A stretch of DNA of 64,000 nucleotides, taken from NCBI GenBank assembly GCA_002633005.1, contig NMRA01000543.1, positions 149,188-213,187 of the forward strand. Direction: 5' to 3'. The notes under the pieces were generated by a model that was not told where the DNA came from, searched no databases, and saw only the letters and a list, made by a program, of their open reading frames with translations. Origin of the DNA: Phoronis australis (Eukaryota; Animalia; Phoronida). A program made the position numbers and the translations under genes. Below, one piece after another: positions 13,458-26,257 of the stretch (position 1 is the stretch's first letter; each line of letters opens with the position of its first letter).

Positions 13458-15230
13458 CTCAAGCTGCTTTTCCGGTTTTACTGTCAGGACACCTATCGGT
13501 TACAACTGCAGTTGTGTTCGTTGCCGGCATTCAGTTGCGGGCAACCACGTCAAAAGCTAACACTTATGACGCGACGTGTTCACTTATGGTCAGAAAGTCC
13601 AGTTTATCATTATGAGCATAGATTAACAGAAAATTCCCTGTGGTGTGAAGTTGCGCTATTTGGCTATGATCATGGGAAAAGCAATTTCACCATCAAGACC
13701 GGTGGTATACGTCAGGGAGATCGGTTGCCGTGAATACTTTGGCGGGTAATTTCTCTCTCACGATTGTAAGGCGTGATGCCGCAATGTGCGCCTGTGTTGA
13801 CCTCGCTAGGCCGGGTTTGATCAGATATGGGTTATCATGGTAAGTGGTTTGCACTGGGAAGTAATTGTAACAAGTTCGACTCTATATTGTTCCCTCACAA
13901 AAAGGAATTTCAATACACCTCAATATTTGAGTATTTGTAATAAGCGGGTTTCGCAGGACACTGGCACCAGACGATCAAATGGTTGAGAAAGTATCAACAC
14001 CCCTTATCAAAAAAATAACAACCTGGCTTTTTTCACAATCTTTTGCTCGGTGACACAAAACATCCTTGACTATAGTCCCGTAACATCCACTTATCTCACA
14101 GCAAAATCTTCCGAATTTATATTTTTTAAAAGGATATCCAACCCCGTTTTGATGAATCAACCAATCCTCGTTCTGTCACCTGCTCCGGCAACGCACCATT
14201 GGCGTCAACCTTCTAGCTAAAAACTTATGTGTGTCACAAATTGAATATTATGGTCCTTAATTGGTGGGTGTTCCCACAGTTGTCGTGTAGGCTAATTCAC
14301 TCAGTAAAAACGTATGTCACGCTTGCCCGTATAGCACACCGTTAAAAGGACTTCTCAAGTTATCTTGCAAACTTTAGAGGATTGTCGAGGGTTACAGAGC
14401 AGCATTTTGTTTCAGAGAACTGGATGGGAAAGTCGTTTGAGTAGCTGTTAACAGGCCAAAACCGGGATTAGTATCCTTTTAAACATTGACACGTTCAGAA
14501 CTTGATATATTGACATTGAAATTTATTGTTTAAAAATAGTGAGAACATACTTTTCTTTCCATTGACAACTTAGTTTTTGAGCTTATCATTTTCAAACTGA
14601 AGTATCTTCTGGCAGTAGGCCTAAACAACATCATGAATTTTTGTATAAGCTCGGCTTATTGCCGATATTGATATGCGTGCAAACACAAAAAAAATCTTTC
14701 ATGCTAAAAATCATGCCAATGGCTTTCTGTTTGTTAACTTGAATTTGAAATTACTGAGGCGAGATAGCACATGAAAACTTCAAAGCATACGATAAAACAG
14801 CAGCATGAGTTTGCCCGGTACACAATCAGGACTCTCTGCCCGGACCAAAGGCACTTCATGATCCCCAGCAGACATGTACACGTGTGTATTGTGGATTGGC
14901 GATCTGTTCTGAAAGTGTCAATTGATAAATCATGTGACCCGTAAATACTTGAGCTCGCCTTTTCATACAGCTTACTGTTGTGTACACACACATAATCGTA
15001 CACCCACCGTACACTGCTTCTTGCCATTAAGTCTGGTCTCGAGTTTGCACTAGGACATTTCCGAATTAAAGGTCTTCGCCCGGGTCCTCGGTTCTCCGAA
15101 CAGTTCCAGAGTGTCCCGATTTCTGTTCCCAATAGGAAGGAAGCCACCCACGGCGAGTCATCTTAACGTAAGTTGGTAAAGAGATGTAAAGACAACTTCT
15201 AACCGCCAGTGACGAATCGAGGCTAGTGCA

Positions 15231-15761
15231 ATGGACGGCGGTAAGATACTGTTTAGCTGGGTTCTCGTATTAATTTTTTACGTGGTGGAGAAACCATGCT
15301 TTGCATTGCCGGACACAGTGACACAGTTGATGTATTGCGTAGGTTGTCAATCCACAGTTATACAAATGAACCGTATGATAAGAAAACCTCAGTTCGACGG
15401 TTTAGAAGAACGAGTGACCGACGTCATGGACAAGATTTGCAACGAAAAGAGTTTCGCCAATTATGCCACGGTGCCGCCAAAGATGATAAAAACATGCAAA
15501 TATCTCATCGAGATGCATGGCGATGAAATTGAGAGCATCTTTATGAAGGAGTATGAGACTGGTGCGAGTGACCCGAAAGCTCAGGAGGACCGGATTGTTG
15601 ATAAAATTTGCAAAACATTAAGTAGTGCTTGTGACAAACCAGATGAACTTGAGGACGAGGTTGACGAAATTGGGAAGAAAGGTGTCGTGGATTACGACGA
15701 AGAGAAACAAACGTTTAAACTGAAAGTTGCGGATAGTTTGAACAAGCCTGATGAACTTTAG
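15231..15761 (+). CDS. Intronless ER-lumenal saposin-like (Canopy/CNPY-like) protein, 176 aa
   Basis: Hydrophobic N-terminal signal peptide, six saposin-pattern cysteines (YCVGC..ICN..TCKYLIEMHGDEIESIF..ICKTLSSAC), acidic tail and C-terminal PDEL (KDEL-like retrieval signal). Open single ORF. Confidence 0.82.
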   Translation: MDGGKILFSWVLVLIFYVVEKPCFALPDTVTQLMYCVGCQSTVIQMNRMIRKPQFDGLEERVTDVMDKICNEKSFANYATVPPKMIKTCKYLIEMHGDEIESIFMKEYETGASDPKAQEDRIVDKICKTLSSACDKPDELEDEVDEIGKKGVVDYDEEKQTFKLKVADSLNKPDEL

Positions 15762-16875
15762 CATCAATGGTTTACGTTGCTTTGTGATTGGCACACGTAC
15801 CGATATTCCTGTCGTAAAAATTTGTATCACGGTGAAAACGGACATTTTTTCTCAATAATTATATTTTGAAAAGGCCTGCTGTGAAATTGATCCCACCTAG
15901 TTTTTTTATTCCTATTAGATGGAATTTTTTTGTCACCCGATCTGAAGATAGAGTGGATATTATTATCACGAGAAAAGTATGTCAATTTCAAAGTATTTTG
16001 ATTGAACCAAGCTTCGATGACAATAAACGTGAACTTATTACGTCATTTCAAAACCGGATTTTCCCTGCAAGCAGATACTATCTGCGACTTGTTCATTTTA
16101 AGCTTTAAAATAAAATGATGGATTGGAGTAAACTTGAACATTCCTAAATTGGCACGTGCGACGATCGTTTTAGTCGAGTTACGTCAGACTTCTGAGGGAA
16201 ATACAGCCTACTTCATAATACGAAAGCTACTTCATGATATGGGAAAGTGTTTTACTCGAGTAATATTTCTATCGATAAAGGGTGGCCAGAATCGTGCATC
16301 AGCACGTGACCGATTTTGACTTTAGTTTAATGAACTTGCCATAATATGGTTTTGGTAATTTTTTTATTTCCGAACTGGACCTTCTTTGCTCACTTCCGCC
16401 ATTTCCCAACTCAAAGTGTTTGCGAATAAGAATTGCCCGTTAAGAATATTTTTCAGTGCTGCTGGAAGTGATCAATAATTTTCTGAATGATTATCGAATT
16501 TGAGAGAGAAAGTTGTTGCAAGGGTTTTTTAGTCATTTGTCGTCCGTTAACATTGCAGGACAATTCCGTTGCGAAGAGGTTGAGAATTTAATTTGTTAAA
16601 AGCAAGTATTCAAATAGTTGGCTTCCATAACTTTATTTAGCTTGTATAATATAAGTGTTTAAAACATATTTTGACACTGTTGATATTGTCAATTTTTGAG
16701 TTTTCGCTCAAAATACTATTACAAGAGCAACGCGATGACTTGACGTGCGCCCACAAATGCACTGGAACTGGCAAGCTTCTAGCAGGGTTAATTTGTGTGA
16801 TAAGAATGGCTATAATATGGCGCAGAGTATGTCAAACCTGTCTGAAAATTGAAAAGCTTCGTTGTCTCTATAGCA

Positions 16876-17016
16876 CACGGGCGGCGCATCATATGGGGCT
16901 GGGGGCTATAGCACCCCACTTATTTCAGGGCCGTGCCGCACATCGACATTGTCAGCGCACCATAGGGTGCTGCGGGGCTCAGTAGCCTCCCACTTTTTCA
17001 GTGCTGCGCCGCTCAT
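16876..17016. mobile_element. Small GC-rich MITE, with related ends at about 29130-29260 and 42117-42240
   Basis: Ends CACGGGCGGCGCA / TGCGCCGCTCATG. The motif GCGCA.CACTGAAAAAAGTGG recurs at three loci. Confidence 0.6.
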
Positions 17017-17284
17017 GTAGTAGGAAGCTAGTCCAGGTCTGGCGTTGTCACATTCGCAGGAAAATAATTGCTCCAGTTTCACAGAGATCTTGCATTTAGC
17101 GGATAAGGAGACCCCTTTAGGAGGTGCCACAGCAGCGCCCAACTCGTTCAAAAATGAACGTCAGTCGTTGTTTCCTCATAATTAGGAAAACGACTCAGTT
17201 TTCATAACAACACTTTGAGCGGTGTGGCAAATAAAACAGCGGCGGACTCAAAAATAACAAAAATGCGTCCGAAAATTAACAGAA

Positions 17285-17835
17285 AACATTTTACTAAATT
17301 TCATGAAAATCATGAACTCCTGACTGCGAAACATAGGCAAACGCGTAAAAAAACTTGCCACTAGAGGTCACTGAGGTATCTGGATCAATCCAAAACTGGC
17401 GTTATCATCCCTCACTGATCATCTCCATTGGACAATATCGGCCAAATTTTAAAAAGCTCCTTGAAGTCGATGTTGAGTAGATTCGGCCGCGGATGCCTAA
17501 ATCGCCACTAGGTAGCAACACAAGAGTTGGGCCCATCCGAAAATCAATCTTCTCAGAAACAAATCTGCAAACTTTCATAATGATCCTTTTAGCGGCCTTG
17601 GTGGTTTGAGAGGCGGTCGTCTGAAATGGGCACAAGACTAAAGAAAATGGCCACAAGGTGGCGTAAAATATGCCGACTCCGTCCGATAATCGAATAGCAT
17701 CGTCATGTCCTCAATAGAAGGATGTAAGCTGATTTCATGAAAATCCATTCAAGGAACCCCAGGATACAGAGACAAACACACAAAAAATAAAATTGCCACT
17801 AAGGACAAAGAGGTTGTCAGATTTATGAGAAACTC
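17285..17835. repeat. Degenerate tandem array with roughly 150-bp period, possibly the core of a Helentron/HINE-like element
   Basis: Recurrent GCCACTAG/GCCACAAG motifs at about 17357, 17504, 17650 and 17794, interleaved with AAATTTCATGAAAAT-like motifs. Confidence 0.45.
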
Positions 17836-19493
17836 CTCGTAATTCTTCTCCTGTGACACCGCTGGCATTCGAATGAGAATGACATTTGTGTCGGTGTCCT
17901 CAGCTTACTAGACGCTTATGTAGGTGGGGATAACAATTTCATTCGTTTCTGAAATCGTCCTAAGCATTAGTCACCCCTGAAACAAGCCCGTAGGAAGGAA
18001 AAAACACTGGGGGGATACAAACCAATTTGACTTCGCCAACCTACCCCCATGCTATTGTCATCCCCCCGCGTTCTCTGGATGTCACCATATTTGTACCGAA
18101 CCCCACCCCCACGTCCGCCATAGGTGGGGGTAATACCGGGTATGCAGCCATCAGGATTTGAGTAACCGTGAACCAACAAGGATTCACTGAGAGTAAGAAT
18201 GGGTCTAGGCCCCGAGCGCACTGCCGGGTAGCTGGGAGCTGCCTGAAGTAACTATAGCTGGGTCGATGGTCAAGGTTCCTTTTATTATGATCCAGATTCG
18301 GGAAAACTTCATTTTATTATGACCATTCTTTGAAGTAATTTTTGGAAAGGTGAGGTCCCGAGGTGCCTGGTATAATTGCTTTTGTGGTCGTTTCAGAATC
18401 CCTTGATGAAACACGATCGGTAGCCCAGTTTCTGGTTGCTGCGGAAAATGATACAGGGTTTGTCCCACAAAAATGTACAGACTTCAACTTCTGGAGTCAA
18501 ATTCAGTTCCCGTGGATAACTGAGATTCTAAGCAGGCCTACTGCATGGTTACACCTTATTTTTAACGTGGATGTGCCTGGCATGACGTGCTAGATAGACA
18601 ACAATCGTTTAGTTTACTTTTATATTTGGGGATCTGATGATAGATCGAATTTTCCCAATGTCGGCCTGCAATTAAGTTCAATAATGTATTGTCATTTCTT
18701 ACAAGATTATCTTCTAATTATCAAAAAATCATCTCTCAATCAGTCCACTTTCGTAGATACATAAACATGTAAAACAGAAACCAACAATCAAATCCATGTG
18801 CAATGCGTTTACCTTGATTTAATGACTTAATTCCTTTTTAATCCCCTGTTAGTGACTTTAAACAAGAAATCTTGTACCGAAGTCAAAAAGCGATGCATTT
18901 ATTGTCATTTGAATTGTGAGAAATTTTTTTGGGAAGTGTCCAAATATCATCAATGTTTTTAAGAGTTGTTTTAGATAGGCAAAAAGCGCCCAAGTGCACT
19001 TTACTATTTGGGGAATGGATTATAGTTTTTCCATATTTAGGCTTCAACTTAATTCCCTAAATCGTCATCATTTCTTAAAAGATTAGCTTCTAATTGCCAA
19101 AAATCACCCATTAACCTGTCCGTTTTCGTAGATACATAAACATGTAAATTAAAAACCAACGAATTTGTTGATCAAAACGGAATGTTATAAGAAATTTCCG
19201 CAGGCATGCGCGCAGATTTTTGACGGGTAACCGGGAGAAATGGAAGATTCATAGTAAGGTGTATTTTTGCTCTTTCCGAGGTACTTATAACGGTTCACGA
19301 GTTTAACTTGGCCTCAAAAAACGCAGAAATATTTGTTTAATTTGTTTATTATTTCAATTATTTGGGTACACTCGTTCGACATGTACATAGTCCTCCCAAA
19401 GGCAGCCTCGACAGCAGTATTTTCCACATGTGGGAATTCCTTACAAACAACTCATAGTAACCATCTTCAAAAGAGTAACTATTCTTGTGATAA

Positions 19494-19636
19494 TATGGGA
19501 AACAGTAACATTACTTTGTAATTAACTATCGGAAACAGTAACATTACTTTGTAATTAACTATCGGAAACAGTAACATTACTTTGTAATTAACTATGGGAA
19601 ACAGTAACATTACTTTGTAATTAACTATCGGAAATA
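19494..19636. repeat. 33-bp minisatellite, about 4.3 copies
   Basis: Unit TATSGGAAACAGTAACATTACTTTGTAATTAAC, with no unique spacers. Confidence 0.95.
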
Positions 19637-22600
19637 GTCCTTTTCAGTGTGTAATTAACAAACAGGGGTCTCCACGTTCTCTGAAATTGCTCATTCCCTT
19701 TCGATGGCGGTCAATCCTATTGTATCTTTTCAAATTTTTTGGTTGTTTGGGTCGAATGTCTTTATATTGCTGTACTATGCACGAATGTTTTGTGTTTTTT
19801 GATGAATTTCGAATCACAACTTCCCTCGTGAATACTTGAGAGTGTTGTATTTACATGTATGGAGGGACAAAGGGACATTTCTCCGAACTTCTCCACCGAG
19901 GGAGGGACCCGTCTGAAATGGGACACCTTAATTATGAAAAGCTAAATATCGTTAAGCTTGGAAAAGAATGATAGTTCATTCCACAGTCGTGTGGTCAGAC
20001 GACAGTGCAGGAAGTGATCTTCTTCAACATGAAAGTTGGTTGCACAATTTCACAAAAAAAAACAGGAAAATAGACGTAATCGAGTTTACCATTGGGTCCT
20101 CTCTCCGTGAGCGTACCCTTAAGAATTTGTCAAAATCAACATAAAAACTGTGACCACTTGAATGTCATCAATGGCCTCCCTCAGACGTGGGGACCCCTAT
20201 GTGAAAACATCTATATTTTCAAAAATCAAGAAATGTGCAGCAATTGATTATATCTGTCAGGTCATCAAATTTTCTCAAGTGATATATAATACGAGGAAAA
20301 AGCGACAGTTTTCTCCGTTATCCCTTGCAGGAGAGGGGCCTCTGAAAAAATATGTTTTGCAGTGGCAAAATTGACTTACTGAATTTAAAAATCGGGTAAA
20401 TTAATACGCTCCACAAAAGCTTCGCTTTACAAATTTTGTCGATTTTTCGAAATACATGCATGAATCATTACGTGCACTTTTCTAAGTGCATTTAGACCAC
20501 CTGTGCTGCGAAATCGGAGACCCCATCAACAATTTCCTGGCCAGGGTTTTCAAAATGTAAACCATGCACTGATACAGAGTTGTTAAATATTCTCTTGAGT
20601 TTTCTCTCTTATCCGCATTTAGCAGTCTTTACTAGAATTCTCAACTGTCCCCGCCCCACGCGTATGTCAGTGGCCACGGTTTAACCCTGACGCCTGAAAA
20701 TTTTTTTTTGGGGGGCCGTGCACCCCCGCGCTTCCTAAGGCCTTGTATCTGCGAAATAGAGATCGGCATGGTTTAGCGTGCCAGTTCCATTGCGATGGTT
20801 TAAAATCATGGCGTTCAATATTGTTATCTAACTTCATGCAGAACAATTATTGTCAATTGATTGGAGCGGCTCCTAACATTCAGCACTCAGTTCGTCTGTT
20901 GATAGGTTCTCATGGAGACCGCTTGAGCACAATGGCACAACGCCAGTCTCTCAAGAGAACTTCTTGGGTAGAGCTCAAAGCGCCTTTGTGCAAGCTATTG
21001 AAATATTTTACAAATGATTGCTTTGGCAAACATAGCCATCTGACCCGCTTGATAAAACACAAAAGTAAATGTCGCTTAAGGAAAGACCGGAATGCTAACA
21101 AGAATAAGAATTTAGAATCAAACAAACTTTATGGCATAAACAGTATAATTTTACTACACGAGTTTCATGTAATCTCGCATCCACACTAACATATTGACAA
21201 ACTAATACAAAATTTGTAATGAATATTGAGCAAAGTAAGAAGACTTGATAATAAATTCACAGAGTACTTGTAAAAATAAAATACTACACAATAAAATGTT
21301 GAATACAGCAAAATAACATCAACATGAGATAATTTGAGCACAGATTTCTAAAACAATCTAAAATTTTGCTGATGAATAAAACCTTTAAAAAACCGATTTC
21401 AACTAGTTGAGCCAAACAGAAGTTAGTCAGATAATATTGAGCAAACAGACTTGCACGATTACCATTACATTAGTGTATCGTGCTGTAAGGGTCTTAAGCG
21501 TTATTCAAAGCAACCAAATCACATTTACGCTGCGATTGCCTCTCGCACATAATAACGAATCCCTCAGTGTAATCCAGTTTAATCAAAAGGCCGCGGGTTT
21601 AAGTACTAATTCTCCACAGCCGATGTAATAAAATCCCGAGTGGATTGACATCCGTATTTGTAACACAGTGTTCAGAATATGTCAATTAGTCCGTATCCTC
21701 TTGACTAAAAGATGTACGATGATGAAGAAGTGATAAACAGAACAGATAAGTTCATCATCTATGTCGGCTGACTCGTCGTTCTCCATTTCACGGTGTTGGT
21801 CGGGGGAATGCCGATCTTCATTTTATTATTTACCGTCGACCGGCTGAAGTAGAATCCGCACGTCGATTTGGCGCTAAGAGTAGAGAACGGTGCGAGCGAA
21901 TTCGAATTTTTCTTTCCGATTTCCAATGACGATCCAGTAACATCCCTATTTTTCCTGCTCTTAAAGCCCGATCCACCAACCGATCCTGTCTCCACTATAT
22001 CAGTGCCGATGTCGCTCCCTTGGTTTGCCACCATAGAATCGTTGCCCCTGTGGGTGCGCGTTACGTTGAAGTGCCGTGAATATATGTTGCTGATTTTCAG
22101 TCGTTTCAGTCGTTTATCCTCGAGCACTTCCCAAGTAAAGGTTTTGGATCTGCTGGAAAGACTGAGTGAGTCGGGGATGAAAACCACTTGTTGTTCGCTT
22201 GGCATGTTGTGATGATTTGTATGCCAGTAGACAACTCCCACCAAATGTCAAATGTCGTCTGTTTCTAGGAGTTGAGCGTCTTTAGGGTATTTTCATCAAC
22301 CAGTTGTTCTGTCTTCGAAAATCGGACGGTATCCCCGTCCAAACATGAAGCTAACCTCTCGAACAGATCGCCTGTGTTCGACAAGGCGGTCTTCCCTCCC
22401 GCTTATGTCGATGAGAACTTCTTTACAGCTACGCCCGGGGTCGAGTATAGGTAAACACGCAGGTAGTGGTTATTAGCTACGGCAAACACAATAGAACTCC
22501 GCGTTTATTACTTAGTCGACACGAGGTCACGACTGACGTCACTAGCTGTGATAATGCGTATTGGAAGCAATTTGATTGACAAATACGCAATAGTTTAGTT

Positions 22601-25600
22601 TCTTGTAATGTAATATGGGAAGTAAAAATCTGCCGGATTTAAATCACTAATAAAAGCTGCACTGAGGTTTGTTCTAGGTGTTGCAATGCTCAAATTGCAA
22701 CTGATGTATGATCTTCGTCATCATAAAAATGTTATTTTCTCTTAGGGTCCGCTGCGGTTCCTAGTTTGCGACAAGCGCTCATAAAAGCTTCAGTATGGAA
22801 TTCCAAGCTTGTCAGATTTTAACACGTACTGGTTTAACGCGTTAACGCGTGCATGCTTAACTCATTAACACCTTGATCTATTTCGTAACGGGTCAATGTT
22901 CTGCGAAGGTGAACGTTCGTGTCACGGAGTAAGGTGACCAAAGCTTAGTCCAAGAATGCGTGGGTTGTTTAGACTTCTACACAACCGAAGTTAAATACGG
23001 CAATTTGTTTTTGCCCCCCAGTGTAACTGTTTAGGTTTTCGACAACTGATTGACTTCTAACTGCTTATTTCTACTTATATCAAAGAAATTTGTCCATGTT
23101 ATTGTTATCAATGTTTTGCAATGGGCGCATTTTATTTTTCGGAAGATTTTACTAGACATGGTCATGTGACCCCACTAATGACAGGTTGGTATTAAGTCAC
23201 AAATTAAACTCTTCTGGCTTTCTACTTTCAGAACATAATAGCTAAATTCTATAATTCTTGTAGATATTTTGCTAAATGAAAATACTTGTCGATAACATCC
23301 TCCTTGGCCGTGGGACGTAGGCCACTGGGAGTTTATGAAACCACTTGTGTGACCATTTGGGGCTAAGGGAGAAGTTTGTTTTGATGTTTTTCGTATCATT
23401 AACTGTTGTATTATTGGTAAGTAAAAAGTCGACATTTGTAAACTTGTAGATGTTCATGAATGTTGGCTTTTAAACTTGACTAATTCTGCAAATTGGAAAT
23501 GGAATCGAAATATTTAAAAACAATGAAGTTAGATTACATAAGGGGATGGCCCTTTAAAAAATATTACCGCAGTTTGCATTAACTTATAAAAGACACAGAG
23601 TTTTTTGTTTTTAACGTTAAAATGCAATTTTAAAGAAAATTTCTAAATTTATGAGAGTCCCATGGTCGTGAATTTGGGAACGACCACTCCAAACATTTTA
23701 ATGCTGTTATTGAAGAAAGGCATTATCAAACTGAAAATGTCACCAATTAATTTGATAAATACATTTACAAACATTTCATAGCTCAAGGTGTCATTGAGAA
23801 GCACTGTCTCATTTTTCAAAAAATCCTACATGGTAATAAAGATACAGTTTGCATTACAATTGTTTAACACTTATCAAATGTTACTCGGTAAATTGTGACA
23901 ACTTTTAGCAAAACAACATTAAACTGAACCCTAATACTTCAATAGAAAAACCAGTCTTCCCGTCCTATCAAACTAGACAGATACTTATTGCAGCATCAGC
24001 AGTAAACGAAAAAAGCAGGTCGCCTCTAAATCTTCTGTCTCTCTTGCATCCTACTGCCTCTCGGACAATGTTCCTTGTTATGATCGATGTTCCTCCTCCG
24101 CCATGTCCCCTAGGCTGGGAGTCCCCCGATACCGATGTTCTCCAAGCCTGGTGATACTTCTACACGTTAATTCAACTTCTCCCTACGTCTTGGTGAGCAT
24201 CAAGTGTAACGAACTACATGCGCAAAAAACTATACCTTTCGACGGGAGTGGCAACCGTGGGACAGTTTGTAATGAACAGCGCAAATTTGAAATCAATTTT
24301 GACCTGAACTGTTTTCAAAAGTGCATGGGGGGGGGGGGCATGACTCTTTCTTGCACCCTTGGCTGCGCTAGTAGGCCCACTATTAGTCACAGATGGCAGC
24401 CATCTTGTTCACAGTGCAGAATTAACTCCCCATAACATAGGCTACTTTTAAGCGAACTTAAAAAAGATTTAAAAATTTCGTTGATGTTTGCAATGAGTAT
24501 CAACGGAGCTGGAAAGCAAAAGATTTACCAGGATATGTTTCATATTTTCATCATTCAGTATGACCATGAACAACGACAGTCAATTTAGATGAGCTTGCGA
24601 TGATTGTCACAGCATACAGCGACATGCCTCTGTAACTAATCTTACTTTAGGAGGGAAATCCGGCTTTATACAAAAATGCGCAAATTAAAATGCGGGGGCT
24701 CTTCGAATATCAAATGTTAGAAATTTAGCCACACAGGAAAGTGGCAAGACGAATGGACTGAGCCACGATCCATAACCGCAATCTAGACCTGCTGCATCGA
24801 TTGTCTTTCCTTTGATAGAGTTATGTAGTTTGCATTGGTCCGGTAGGTTCAAAACTTGTGTTGACTTGACGGGCAGCAGATGATGGCTGTATAGCAGGTG
24901 TAAGACACACCGACAGGCGGTAGCAAAGACGGGCACCTGTGTACATGCCAGGTGGTCTTAATCAGTCACTTTATTCCAAAAGCAACCCTGCCAAATCAAC
25001 GATAGCAGGTTGGAAGCTGTCTTAGTCACCTGTCACTTGCTTTATCTCCGATTCATCTGTCCACCTCTCATTTTGCCAGGCCAGTCACCTTCAGGTATGG
25101 GGTTCTCTGGGATCATTTCTCTTTGTAATATTATAATATTTATATCAACTATACCACTAAAGTAAATCAGCAAGATAGCGTATTCCACAGCTACGGTCAG
25201 AATCTGATTCAAATTCACGCATGAAGTTGTGCTCTTGCTTTAGATAGGGTCTAAAAATGCATCACATTCACGGCGGAATCCGAGACGCCCAAACATGCGA
25301 CTCCGAGCGTCCAGTAGTTATGAAACCGTGGGCTTTTTGGGGGGTGGGGGGTGGGAAGTGTGTTTCACGACCGAAATAAGCGTAATTACGGGCGAATGAT
25401 TTCGGTCGTGAAACACTCGGTTGGCCCACGATAACACCGTTGGCGGCCCACGGCCTAGGGACGAAGCACTGTGACAGTCTTATGTAACCGTCTATCGTTG
25501 ACATGCAAATCCACAACTAAATCGTGACATGTGACCATAGATACTCGTTAGTCTATGATGCGACCAGATAAAATCGATGATAAATGTCTACGCTGTGCTG

Positions 25601-26039
25601 TGCTCATGGTTTCCCAAACACATTTATTGACTGAAACTGAACAATTCTCTTTATCACCAGCTTTTCTCGTTCATAATTCATCTCGTCAAAAGGAACAGCT
25701 TAAAGGTCTTGTTCGTCCATCTTGTCAAAAATATTCGTTTTGTCTAAAGCGTGTCTACATAGGGAGTGGCTCTAACTCTGCGCATTGTACATCATACGTA
25801 ACTCACCTCGAGTGTATTTCACGCACAAAATAATACATCAAATACAACAGCAACTAAGGCTTAGATGGGTAACAACTTTATTACACATTTGCAACGAGCA
25901 TGACTAAAGACCAGGTATAATTGTGGCACACCACTTTATACAAGGAATAACCGAGGGTGTGCTCTGAAATCGACGCAAGACACTCGCGAGACACTAGCGG
26001 CGAGATGCAGTTGAACTAGGGAATGGAAACTAGCATTTT

Positions 26040-26257
26040 CAGTGGCGGATTTAGCGGGGAGGGGGGCAAGGTAGCGAAAGCATAATGCATAGGCCTTGAA
26101 CAAACCCCGTTTTTAGTTATAAGGTCCACAAACGCAAATATTCGAGACCCCTGCATCCTTACATTTTAGGCTGGACGCGCGCATGTGGCAAAATTCCGGT
26201 TAGTCCTGTGCCCTGACCGCCCCCCCTCCCTAACTCAAAATCCTAGATCCGCCCCTG
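26040..26257. mobile_element. GC-rich MITE with 5-bp TSD ATTTT, containing a nested fragment of the 37625 family
   Basis: Ends CAGTGGCGGATTTAG / CTAGATCCGCCCCTG with ATTTT on both flanks. Internal AAGGTCCAC..TTTTAGGCTGGACGCGCGCATG matches the right end of 37625-37845. Confidence 0.8.

Noticed and set aside
13680-13733. TGGIRQGDRLP resembling the LINE RT motif GVRQGDPLSP
   Set aside because: Too short and degenerate to call. It may be a very old LINE remnant.
17967-18221. GDD motif suggesting a viral RdRp
   Set aside because: Isolated tripeptide with no motif A/B context, in a short ORF.
19494-19636. 33-bp repeats as a CRISPR array
   Set aside because: The units are directly adjacent with no unique spacers, there are no cas genes and the context is eukaryotic. 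It is a minisatellite.
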